Shown here piece by piece: positions 16,605 to 24,727 of a DNA stretch of 30,565 bases. The notes under the pieces are model-generated. The model ran no database searches, was not told where the DNA came from, and saw nothing but the letters and a program-made list of their open reading frames with translations. Both the position numbers and the translations under genes were made by a program. Origin of the DNA: a virus (taxonomy: Duplodnaviria > Caudoviricetes); the IMG/VR virus record IMGVR_UViG_3300043485_000046, positions 1-30,565 of that record; one strand, 5' to 3'. The first letter of the stretch is position 1. Every line of letters begins with the position of its first letter.

Positions 16605-16900
16605 GCGGCCAGCCTCAGCGCGGCAGCGGTCAATATCGGTGCTTTTCTGAAGGATCGTCCGCGAAACTCGGGGCCTGCTAGCCACTCGAACGAGACGCCA
16701 GTTCTCAGCGCCCACATCTTCAGGTACGCGGCGCGCGGGGGTGCGCCTCTGCCGTTGAGCCACCGGCTGACTGTGGACCGGCTGACGCCCAGGTCCTCGG
16801 CGATGGCCTCGACACTGATCTCCGCGTGGGCCAGGGCGCGCTGCATGCGCCATCCCAGCGTCCACTCGGGGACCACGCCCGCTTCGGGCAGTTCGGTCAT
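16601..16900 (-). CDS. Immunity repressor (XRE HTH) with ssrA-like C-terminus
   Basis: PEWTLGWRMQRAL...LGVSRSTVSRWLN...WALRTGVSFEWL; ends AAALRLAA. Confidence 0.9.
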   Translation of the reverse strand: MTELPEAGVVPEWTLGWRMQRALAHAEISVEAIAEDLGVSRSTVSRWLNGRGAPPRAAYLKMWALRTGVSFEWLAGPEFRGRSFRKAPILTAAALRLAA

Positions 16901-16906
16901 GCATGC

Positions 16907-16936
16907 ATTGTGTGTCGCGCGTCCGCCGTGCGTCAA
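16907..16936 (-). promoter_or_regulatory. Repressor promoter (leaderless)
   Basis: TTGACG-18 nt-CACAAT-6 nt-ATG. Confidence 0.7.
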
Positions 16937-16971
16937 CATAGCGGGGGTCACAAGTTCCTGACCAGTAGCGC

Positions 16972-17000
16972 TTGACCGTTGCGCGACATTGTGCCATGTT
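16972..17000 (+). promoter_or_regulatory. Early lytic promoter (leaderless)
   Basis: TTGACC-17 nt-CATGTT (extended TG)-6 nt-ATG; GCGCGACA shared with the repressor promoter spacer. Confidence 0.7.
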
Positions 17001-17006
17001 GGCGCA

Positions 17007-17204
17007 ATGCGGAACCTTGAACCGATCACCAGCGCCGAAGCGGGAGCCATCCTCGGGGTGTCTGCCCGCACCGTCCAGCGCCGAGCGGACGAGGGGCTGA
17101 TCACCTGCATCCGCAAGCTGCCCGGCCCGAACGGCGACTACCTGTTCGACCGGGCCGAGGTCGAGAAGGTCGCCGCCGGGCAGGCGAAGGCCAGGGCGTC
17201 ATGA
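17007..17204 (+). CDS. Cro-like HTH protein
   Basis: ITSAEAGAILGVSARTVQR...KLPGPNGDYLFDR; divergent from repressor. Confidence 0.88.
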   Translation: MRNLEPITSAEAGAILGVSARTVQRRADEGLITCIRKLPGPNGDYLFDRAEVEKVAAGQAKARAS

Positions 17205-17328
17205 CCGCCAGCTGGGGCGCCGCCCCGGGGCCGCGGCCGTAGGTGCCGTACCTGCCACCGAGATTTCGAGCGCCAGAAGCGCTCGGCCAACAAGCCCCCC
17301 GCACCAACTGCAATAGAAAGAGGCATCA

Positions 17329-18237
17329 GTGTTTAAGAAGATTATCTTCGCAGCCGTCACCGCCGGGGCACTCGCCGCGGCCGGGGCGCTCGCCGCCGGG
17401 CCCGGGATCTACTTCCACACGGCGAAGCCCCGGGCCTCCCGTGCGATCTACTTCCACACCGGCAAGCCGGCCACCCTCACCGCGCTGTCCGTGCCCTGCG
17501 GCGAGTCCGCAGTGGCACCCGTCACCGGGAACGCCGCCCGCGCCGCCGTCGCGTTCCCCGCCCCGCCGGACTACTCCGCGTACAAGGCCGGATTCCGCGC
17601 CCACGGCAACAGCCGCGTGTTCCGCAACGTCAAGTCCACGTTCGTCCTGCCCGCCACTGACGGCCCGCACGGCTGCCACTGGAGGATTTACGACCAGCTG
17701 TCATCCGGCGGGCACCAGCTCGACGTCGAGGTCGACGCCGTCGGCCCGAACGCTTACGTGGCCGGGTACCGCATCGACGGCACGTTCCACCCGATCCCGC
17801 TGTCCGCGACGATCAACCCGGGCGACTCGATCACCATGTCCGTGTACTTCGACGTGAACGGCGACCGGCTCGCCGACTACACCGTCAGCGACAACACGAA
17901 CTCGGCGAAGAACGCCGTCGTGGACATCCCCCGGCCGGTCAACAGTGACGGGACCGCGATGGGCAAGATCACGTCCGCCGAGTGGGTCATCCACCCCGAC
18001 GGGCCCGTCGCGTGCATCCCGGCGACCATCGCCACCGACTGCTTCACCCACGCATTCGTCCGCGAGACCTCGATGTCGATGACGACCTACTCCGGCCACC
18101 ACGACGACCTGAAGGGCACCGTGCCGGTGTCGTTCGTGATCCAGACCGATAACAGCGAGGCCGACGGCGACATCTACGCCTCCGCCGGGCCGCCGAACGC
18201 GGCCGGGACCGCGGCAACCATCTTCATGCGGGCCTGA
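17329..18237 (+). CDS. Secreted protein, possibly peptidase G1-like fold
   Basis: Signal peptide MFKKIIFAAV...; YSAY, V.STFVLP, INPGDSITMSV, SAEWVI; GAGG RBS. Confidence 0.75.
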   Translation: MFKKIIFAAVTAGALAAAGALAAGPGIYFHTAKPRASRAIYFHTGKPATLTALSVPCGESAVAPVTGNAARAAVAFPAPPDYSAYKAGFRAHGNSRVFRNVKSTFVLPATDGPHGCHWRIYDQLSSGGHQLDVEVDAVGPNAYVAGYRIDGTFHPIPLSATINPGDSITMSVYFDVNGDRLADYTVSDNTNSAKNAVVDIPRPVNSDGTAMGKITSAEWVIHPDGPVACIPATIATDCFTHAFVRETSMSMTTYSGHHDDLKGTVPVSFVIQTDNSEADGDIYASAGPPNAAGTAATIFMRA

Positions 18238-18286
18238 CCACCTGACAGCCCCGTCCCGCGCTGCCCGATCGGCACGGCACGGGGCA

Positions 18287-18338
18287 GCCTCCCCGGCCCG
18301 GATACCCCTGACTGGTAACTGCACCGGGCCGGGGAGGC
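18287..18338. terminator. 15-bp perfect stem-loop in structured intergenic region
   Basis: GCCTCCCCGGCCCGG / CCGGGCCGGGGAGGC. Confidence 0.6.
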
Positions 18339-18441
18339 ATCCACGCAAGAGGCCTGGCCCCCGAGCCTGCCGGAAAGGGGACCGGGCCAGCGGCCCCGGA
18401 GACCAGCGGGCCGCACCCGAAGCCTAAAGGAGACCGAGGCA

Positions 18442-18648
18442 ATGCCAAGGACAGCAAGGGACACCGGGGGGGCCTACCGGCGGTTCTACACGCCGCAGGA
18501 GGTGGCCAACCGGTTCCGTGTCGACCCGAAGACCGTCCAGCGGTGGCACAAGGCAGGACTGCTGGAATCCATCACGACGCCGGGCAACACCCGCCGGTAC
18601 GACGCCGACCAGGTCGACGCGATGCTGAACGGCGGCCCGAAACCATGA
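18442..18648 (+). CDS. BldC-like MerR/Xis-type HTH protein
   Basis: TPQEVANRFRVDPKTVQRWHKAGLLESITTPGNTRRY vs recalled Streptomyces BldC TPAEVATMFRVDPKTVTRWAKAGKLTSIRTLGGHRRY. Confidence 0.88.
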   Translation: MPRTARDTGGAYRRFYTPQEVANRFRVDPKTVQRWHKAGLLESITTPGNTRRYDADQVDAMLNGGPKP

Positions 18649-18887
18649 GCCACGCTTCCGATCCCGCGTCCGTGTCCGGCCGGCCCGAGCCCCGGCCGCC
18701 GCGGCACGACCCCGCCGCGCATGAGGTACGCGTCACCCCGGAACTCGAATTCCGCGGCAACGCGACCATCCCCAAACTCGTCCTGTCCTGCTCAGGGTGC
18801 CCCGGGTTCCGGCGCAGCCTGTACCACTCCTACCCCCTCGGCAGCCTCACCGATTTGCAGCCGCAGCACGACGGGAGCGGAACATGA
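18645..18887 (+). CDS. Hypothetical protein (CxxC)
   Basis: ATGA overlaps at both ends. Confidence 0.6.
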   Translation: MSHASDPASVSGRPEPRPPRHDPAAHEVRVTPELEFRGNATIPKLVLSCSGCPGFRRSLYHSYPLGSLTDLQPQHDGSGT

Positions 18888-19531
18888 TCTACGCCGCCGC
18901 CGCCTGGATCATGCAGCCGCTGGTGTGGCTGCCCGCGATCGCCGTCGCCGGGGGCCTGTTCACGTGGTGGCTCGCGGACCGGGGGTTCTTCGACCCCCGC
19001 CAGGGCATCCATGCGGCCAGCCGCGACCTCGGCCGCGACCCCGGCATCGATGACAGCGAGGACTACACGGCAGTCCTGGCCGCCCTGGAAGTGGCGGAGA
19101 CCCTCGTATCCGCCGGGCACTCCGCGAACTGGGAGCCGAACACGCTCGGCCCGGTGCTCGATGCCAAGCGCGCCGAGCTGGCCCCGGTATTCACGGCGAA
19201 CGGAATCCCGGGCTACGAACCCGCCGTGGTCACCGTCACCGATGATCCGGGCGGGCGGCACGCGCAGCCCCGCGTGCACGCGTTCCGGCCGGGCCCGGAG
19301 CCCTACTGCGGCAGGTGCGGCACCGCCGGGCACTGGCGCGGGGACGAGTCGTGCGCGGACGCCGTCGTCGACGAGCTGCTCGAACGGCGCCGCGAGACCA
19401 GGGCCCGCGACGCCATCGCCGCCGACCTCGAAGCCGCCGGGTTCCGGTACCACGACGACACCGACGACGCCGTCAAGTCGATGTTCACCCGGGCCATGGC
19501 CATGACCGTCCGCGCGATCGAGGCGCCATGA
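18884..19531 (+). CDS. Membrane-anchored hypothetical with CxxC...H...C
   Basis: N-terminal TM; ATGA overlap. Confidence 0.7.
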   Translation: MIYAAAAWIMQPLVWLPAIAVAGGLFTWWLADRGFFDPRQGIHAASRDLGRDPGIDDSEDYTAVLAALEVAETLVSAGHSANWEPNTLGPVLDAKRAELAPVFTANGIPGYEPAVVTVTDDPGGRHAQPRVHAFRPGPEPYCGRCGTAGHWRGDESCADAVVDELLERRRETRARDAIAADLEAAGFRYHDDTDDAVKSMFTRAMAMTVRAIEAP

Positions 19532-19857
19532 TGACCGCCCTGCTCGTGCTGCTCGCCGTCGCGGTTAACGCCGCGATCGCGCTGGTCACCGCTCGCATGG
19601 TCTTTGCCCGCGTCCGTGACCGGATCATCGAGACCGCGGATAGCGGCAATTTTTACATGATGTCCCCGGAAGCGCGGATCCAGGGCGCCGGGATCATCCT
19701 GACGATCACGTGCCTGGGCGGCCTGTGGCCGCTGCTGCTGGCAACCGCGCTGGTTATGGCCAAGCCGCCCAGGACACCCGCCGAGATGCGGGCACGGCAG
19801 CGCCGCGATCAGCAGCGCATCGCCGAGCTGGAGCGCGAGCTGGGGATGAAGCCATGA
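19528..19857 (+). CDS. Two-TM membrane protein
   Basis: Two hydrophobic helices, RIAELEREL tail; coupled. Confidence 0.7.
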   Translation: MMTALLVLLAVAVNAAIALVTARMVFARVRDRIIETADSGNFYMMSPEARIQGAGIILTITCLGGLWPLLLATALVMAKPPRTPAEMRARQRRDQQRIAELERELGMKP

Positions 19858-20066
19858 CCCTCGGCCTGGAGATTGTCGCGGGCGCCGCGCTGATCGCGGC
19901 CATACCGTGCGTGCTGCTCGCCGTCATCTTCGGCGCCCTGGCCATCCTCGACCGCGGCGCGACGCGGCTGGACCGGGTGCTCGCCCAGGCCGAGCGGGAC
20001 CGCATCGAGGCGCTGCTGGACGACCCGGCGCTGTGGGAATCCATGGAACGGCGGGTGCAGCCGTGA
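19854..20066 (+). CDS. Small membrane protein
   Basis: N-terminal TM; ATGA overlap. Confidence 0.65.
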   Translation: MTLGLEIVAGAALIAAIPCVLLAVIFGALAILDRGATRLDRVLAQAERDRIEALLDDPALWESMERRVQP

Positions 20067-20272
20067 GCGCGCCAGTGAAGACCTACGGGCCGCCGGGCGC
20101 CTACTGCCTCGGCGATAGCAGTCCGTGTCCCTGGCGGAAGGAAGCGGGCACTAAGGCGACCCTGGCGGGCACGCAAAGCGCCGCTGTCCAGCACCAGCGC
20201 GAGCACCCCGGCCACACGGTCGAGGTATCCGTCGAGCAACTCCTCACCTATTACCCGGAGCCGACGGCATGA
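20063..20272 (+). CDS. Hypothetical protein
   Basis: GTGA overlap; C..C/H..H residues. Confidence 0.6.
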   Translation: MSAPVKTYGPPGAYCLGDSSPCPWRKEAGTKATLAGTQSAAVQHQREHPGHTVEVSVEQLLTYYPEPTA

Positions 20273-20559
20273 GCGGCCGCCACGACCCGCACAAGGGCGA
20301 CCCCCGCCAGGTTCTCCAGGACGGCTGCGCCGAATGCGCCCGCCGCGGCCGTCTCGTGCACGAGGCCATCGGCTACCTCGACGAGGCCGCGTTCGCCGCC
20401 GCCTGGACCAGGGCCGCGCAATGGCAGACCGGGCGGCTCAAAGGCGGCGCCGGGACCATCAGCGACACCGAGGCGCCGCTGCTGCGCGCACTGTGGGAAA
20501 CGCAGAGGCAGTTCGAGCGGCGCGGGTTCAAGGTCGGCTCCTGCCCGGTGGAGTTCTGA
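20269..20559 (+). CDS. Hypothetical protein
   Basis: 96 aa, DGCAEC, ATGA overlap. Confidence 0.65.
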   Translation: MSGRHDPHKGDPRQVLQDGCAECARRGRLVHEAIGYLDEAAFAAAWTRAAQWQTGRLKGGAGTISDTEAPLLRALWETQRQFERRGFKVGSCPVEF

Positions 20560-20720
20560 TGACCGCCCAGTGGCGGGATTACCGCCTTGACCGTGCGAAC
20601 GGGCGGCCTCCGTGGTGGCGCTGGTTCGAGCCGCCGCGGTCATGGCCGGGCTGGCTGCACTTGCGCACCTGCACCTTCTGCCGCGGGATGAGCCGCTACG
20701 TCCGCGAGCGTGCCCGGTGA
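20559..20720 (+). CDS. Small Trp/Arg-rich protein (HLRTCTFC)
   Basis: Coupled on both sides, 53 aa. Confidence 0.55.
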   Translation: MTAQWRDYRLDRANGRPPWWRWFEPPRSWPGWLHLRTCTFCRGMSRYVRERAR

Positions 20721-21694
20721 CCGCGCGGCTGGTGCTGCCCGGCACCGTGTCCGAGGCCGAATGGCTGGCCGCCCGCCGCCGCGGCATCACCGCGTCCGAG
20801 ATCGCGGTCGTCATGGGCCTGTCGCCCTGGTCGTCGCCGTTCGCGCTGTATCACCGCAAGACCGGCGACCTCCCGGAGCAGGCGGACACCACGGCCATGG
20901 CACTCGGCCGCCACCTGGAGATGTTCGTCGCGGATGCGTTCGATGAGCTGCGGCGCGATGATCTGGTGGTCCTCGGAAACGGCCGGGAGTTGTTCGCGCA
21001 TCCTGAGCGCCCGTGGCAACTCGCTACACCGGATCGCGAGTTGTCGGAACGCTGCGGACGCTGCGCAGGTAATGAGTTCGGGCATCTCAGCCATGCTCTG
21101 ATCGCCGTGCTGGAGTGCAAGACGTCGGCCAGCTACGACGGGTGGGGACCGGACGGCAGCGACGAGATACCCGTGCACTACCGCTGCCAGGTGCTGTGGC
21201 AGATGGACGTCATCGGCGTCACCACGGGCTACGTGGCCACGTTGTTCCTGCACTCGCGCACGCTCCGCGTCTACGAGCTGACCATGGACGACCAGGCGGA
21301 ATCGGACCTGGGGCTAATGCGGGCGCACGCCCGTATCTTCCTCACCCGCATCGAGGCAGGCGACCCGCCGCCGGTGGACTGGCGGCCGGCGACCGGGGAC
21401 GCGCTGCGGCGGCTGCACCCGCTGGTGAAGGACGAGGACGCCGTCATACCGAAGGGCATGGCCCGCGCCTACCTCGCCGCGGTCGGCCGCTACCGGACCG
21501 CTGAGCAGCGGAAGAAGCTCGCGGAGAACCGGATCCGGGAGCGCGTCGGCCCGGCGGCCCGCGTCGTGCTGAAGGACGGCACGGCCGTGGCATCCCGCAG
21601 CGTCTACCCCGTCAAAGAGCACGTGCGCAAGGCCTGCACGGTCGACAAGCTCATCCCCGCGAAAGACAAGGACACCGCCAATGGGACATCGTGA
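20717..21694 (+). CDS. YqaJ-like (lambda-exonuclease family) nuclease
   Basis: EWLAARRRGITASE...SPW, LATPD, LECKT, Y.CQV.WQM. Confidence 0.93.
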   Translation: MTARLVLPGTVSEAEWLAARRRGITASEIAVVMGLSPWSSPFALYHRKTGDLPEQADTTAMALGRHLEMFVADAFDELRRDDLVVLGNGRELFAHPERPWQLATPDRELSERCGRCAGNEFGHLSHALIAVLECKTSASYDGWGPDGSDEIPVHYRCQVLWQMDVIGVTTGYVATLFLHSRTLRVYELTMDDQAESDLGLMRAHARIFLTRIEAGDPPPVDWRPATGDALRRLHPLVKDEDAVIPKGMARAYLAAVGRYRTAEQRKKLAENRIRERVGPAARVVLKDGTAVASRSVYPVKEHVRKACTVDKLIPAKDKDTANGTS

Positions 21695-22103
21695 AGCACG
21701 CCGCGTGCCGCTCGACTGGGAGCATCCGCGCGAGCCCGGCACCTACAGCGACGGCAAGCCCAGGTACATCGGGCTGCAGTCGCGGGACATGCTGAAGTAC
21801 TACGGCCCCGATGAGGGCTGGTCAGAGGACGACTTCATGCCGGACTTCCCGGAGGGGACGGCGACCGGCTGGCAGTTGTACGAGACCACCAGCGAGGGCA
21901 CGCCGGTATCCCCCGTGTTCGCCACGGCGGAGGAACTGGCCGCCTGGTGCGAGACCGGCGCGTCCGTCTTCGCCGGTCACCGCTGGACCCGTGAGCAATG
22001 GCTTGCCTCGTTCCGTGACGACCCGACCGGCGTCGAGAGCCTGCTGTTCCTCGATGCCAGCGGACTGCACGTAGGAGACCCCGCGAAGGAGGCCACGTCA
22101 TGA
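21681..22103 (+). CDS. Hypothetical phage protein
   Basis: 140 aa, GWQLYETTSEGTPVSPVF; AAGGA RBS. Confidence 0.75.
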   Translation: MGHREARRVPLDWEHPREPGTYSDGKPRYIGLQSRDMLKYYGPDEGWSEDDFMPDFPEGTATGWQLYETTSEGTPVSPVFATAEELAAWCETGASVFAGHRWTREQWLASFRDDPTGVESLLFLDASGLHVGDPAKEATS

Positions 22104-23293
22104 CCGCGACCACGGTCAGCCAGGCCGTCGCCACGCAGCAGGCCAGCCCCGTCGGCATCATGGCCGGCCGCCGGAAGCACTTCCGCGCCGTGCTGCCCGC
22201 GTCGGTGGACGTCGAGGCGTTCCTCGGCACCGCCGCCGGGGCGCTGTACGCGTCCGTGGACCCGGATCCGCGGAAGCTGACGCTGATGCGGTGCGCCGAG
22301 GCCAGCCCCGACAGCCTGATCAAGGCGCTGATGGACTGCGCCGCGCTCGGCCACATGCCCGGCACCAGCGAGTTCTACCTCACCCCCCGCGTCGTCAAGG
22401 GCAAGCCGACGGTGCTCGGCATCGAGGGATACCGCGGCATCGTCGAGCGCATGTACCGGAGCGGCGCCGTCGCGAAAGTCGTCGTCCGCGAGGTCTGCGA
22501 GCTTGACCGATTCCGCTACGTCGAGGGCGCAGACGATAAGCCGCTTCACGGGTTCGGCGGCGGCGACGTGCACAACTCGAACTCGACGGGCGCTGATTTC
22601 TTCGGCCCCGGTGGCAGCCGTGACCGGGGCGCCATGGTCGGCGTGTACGCGTACGCCATTCTCACCACCGGCGCCGTGTCCCAGGTCGTCATCCTCACCC
22701 GCGACGACGTCGAGGCCGCCCGCGACTCAGGCGGCTACCGGCCCGATGACACGTTCAGCCCGTGGAACCGCCTCGACGCGGGCAAGGGCCACCCGGAATT
22801 CACCGGCCGGTCGATGTGGTGGAAGACGGCGGCCAGGCGGCTGGAGCCGTGGGTGCCGACGTCCGCGGAGTACCGCCGCGAGCAGCTCCGCGCGTCCGCG
22901 TCAGCCGCCGCGCAGGCCGCCGATAACGGCTACCACCCGGCCGAGGCCGCGGTGCACGCCGCCGCCCAGCAGGCCGCGGCCGACATCCACGACGCCGACG
23001 TCATCGAGGACCCGCCGCCCGCACGGCGCGAGCAGTCGGCCAAGGCCGCGCACGAACGGCTGACGGCGCTGCTCGGCCAGCTCGCGCTCGGCCCGCCGGA
23101 GGATGAGAAGAAGCTCATCGACTGGGTGACCGGGCGCAAGCCCGGCGAGGCGCTGACGCGGGCGCAGGTGCACCAGGTGACCACGTTCCTGGGTGACGCC
23201 ATCGACGCGGCCAGGGGCGACCTGGGCGAGGCGTGCGCGCAGATATGGCAGCAGTACAACGCGTCGAACCCGCAGCCGCCGGAGCCGGCCTAG
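22100..23293 (+). CDS. recT: RecT-like single-strand annealing protein
   Basis: S...AL..CAALG..PG...YL.P, GYRG...MYRSG, GVYAYA, SPW, MWWKT..RRL..WVP.S; next to YqaJ. Confidence 0.9.
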   Translation: MTATTVSQAVATQQASPVGIMAGRRKHFRAVLPASVDVEAFLGTAAGALYASVDPDPRKLTLMRCAEASPDSLIKALMDCAALGHMPGTSEFYLTPRVVKGKPTVLGIEGYRGIVERMYRSGAVAKVVVREVCELDRFRYVEGADDKPLHGFGGGDVHNSNSTGADFFGPGGSRDRGAMVGVYAYAILTTGAVSQVVILTRDDVEAARDSGGYRPDDTFSPWNRLDAGKGHPEFTGRSMWWKTAARRLEPWVPTSAEYRREQLRASASAAAQAADNGYHPAEAAVHAAAQQAAADIHDADVIEDPPPARREQSAKAAHERLTALLGQLALGPPEDEKKLIDWVTGRKPGEALTRAQVHQVTTFLGDAIDAARGDLGEACAQIWQQYNASNPQPPEPA

Positions 23294-23344
23294 AGCGCGG
23301 GAAGCTCGCCCGGTCCACAGCAGCCGGGCTTCTGAGCACCCGCA

Positions 23345-23390
23345 GGCCGCCCCGCCCGCCAATGGCACCCCCCACCCGGGCGGGGCGGCC
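23345..23390. terminator. 14-bp perfect stem-loop
   Basis: GGCCGCCCCGCCCG / CGGGCGGGGCGGCC. Confidence 0.6.
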
Positions 23391-23434
23391 ACCATCCTTA
23401 TCCGCACCCCGCATGAGAGACAGGACAGTGCTTA

Positions 23435-24010
23435 GTGACCGAGATACTGACCGGCGAGATCGTTGCCACGTGGACGCCGGAGCAGGCCGCCGGGCATGTC
23501 ATCGAGGCATGGCAGGGCGCGGTTGAGTCGATCATCGAGACCGGCCGGAGGCTGATCGAGGCTAAAGACCGCATCGAGCATGGCGGTTGGCTGCCCACCG
23601 TTGGCCTACTGCCATTCAGTGAGCAGACTGCTCGAAAGCTAATGCAAATCGCCCGGCATCCGGACCTTTCAAATCGCGCACATGTGCGCGATTTGCCAGC
23701 GTCATGGGGAACGCTATCCGTCCTCGCGCAATTGCCGCCCGGTGAGATACCGAAGCGGATAGAGGCGCATGAGATAACGCCCGAGCTTGAGCGTGCTACG
23801 GCTCAGGAATGGGCTGCTACCTACAGCGTCGCTAAGCAAGAGGCGCTTAACGCCTACGGCAGCGCCGTCGACGGCCTCACCGCCGCGCTGTCGTACGCGA
23901 AGACCTGGACACCGCCCGCTGACATCACCGGCGGGCACCTGCCCGTCAGCGAGTTCACCGACCGCGCCCGGGAGCTACTGGAGATCGCAGAGAACTGGGA
24001 GCAGGAATGA
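23435..24010 (+). CDS. DUF3102-like protein
   Basis: IIETGRRLIEAK..IEHG.W...PFS..TA.KLMQIA...LP.SW.TL..LA; more A/T-ending codons than neighbours. Confidence 0.8.
   Translation: MTEILTGEIVATWTPEQAAGHVIEAWQGAVESIIETGRRLIEAKDRIEHGGWLPTVGLLPFSEQTARKLMQIARHPDLSNRAHVRDLPASWGTLSVLAQLPPGEIPKRIEAHEITPELERATAQEWAATYSVAKQEALNAYGSAVDGLTAALSYAKTWTPPADITGGHLPVSEFTDRARELLEIAENWEQE
23670..23695. repeat. 26-bp perfect palindrome CAAATCGCGCACATGTGCGCGATTTG
   Basis: Exact reverse complement of itself, no loop. Confidence 0.95.
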
Positions 24011-24492
24011 CAACTCGCAAGACGTTCGACCGCGGCACCGTCCAGGCCCGCGCGCAGGAGATCAGCTGCAGTTCCCTCACGCCCATCACCGTCAGGGACG
24101 CCTGCAAGCAGGCGCTGCATGAGCTGTACGGGAACAACGCGGACGCCCTGCTCGACGCGGCCGCAACTCTCGCCGCGGGCACCATGTCCGGCCTCCGGCA
24201 GCGTACCTACCAGCTGCCCGAGCAGGTCACCCTGACATCCGACATCCCGGGCGTCATCGGCATCACCACGCCCGACGGTGACCTGATCATCCCGCGGTCC
24301 GAGGCGACCGCCGCGCAGGTCCGGCAGTGGGGCCGGGAAGCGGTCAAGCACCACTCCACCCAGCGGCTCCGCTTCAAGCGCTTCAACGAAGACCTGGACA
24401 TAGCCGGGGACCAGCCCGACGAGGTCAGGTGGACCGAGATGCGGCCCGTCATAGAGGAGCGCAAGCTCAAGATTCTTGAGGCCGGGAAATGA
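24007..24492 (+). CDS. Hypothetical protein
   Basis: 161 aa, ATGA overlap. Confidence 0.75.
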   Translation: MTTRKTFDRGTVQARAQEISCSSLTPITVRDACKQALHELYGNNADALLDAAATLAAGTMSGLRQRTYQLPEQVTLTSDIPGVIGITTPDGDLIIPRSEATAAQVRQWGREAVKHHSTQRLRFKRFNEDLDIAGDQPDEVRWTEMRPVIEERKLKILEAGK

Positions 24493-24692
24493 GGATCACC
24501 ATCCCGGCCTGGCTGCTGCTGCGCATCGCCCAGCGCGATCACTGGACGTGCCACATCTGCCAGCAGGGCTGGCTGCCGGATGACCCGTGGCAGATCGACC
24601 ATGACACGCCGCTGGCCAAGGGCGGCACCAACCATGTCCGTAACCTGCGGCTCGCGCACAAGAGCTGCAACCGCGGCAAGGCCGCGGCCTAG
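24489..24692 (+). CDS. Small HNH endonuclease
   Basis: RD..TCHIC...IDHDTPLAKGG....NLRLAHKSCNRGK. Confidence 0.9.
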   Translation: MRITIPAWLLLRIAQRDHWTCHICQQGWLPDDPWQIDHDTPLAKGGTNHVRNLRLAHKSCNRGKAAA

Positions 24693-24727
24693 TCCTCTGT
24701 CCGCCTACTCGGGACGGGACACATGAG

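Noticed and set aside
16630-16690. tRNA fragment as attP core
   Set aside because: No T-arm or acceptor stem recognisable; no tRNA seen in the window
16605-16997. N-terminal 131 aa of the 390-aa ORF 15825-16997
   Set aside because: Overlaps the repressor and its promoter; real start is ATG 16604
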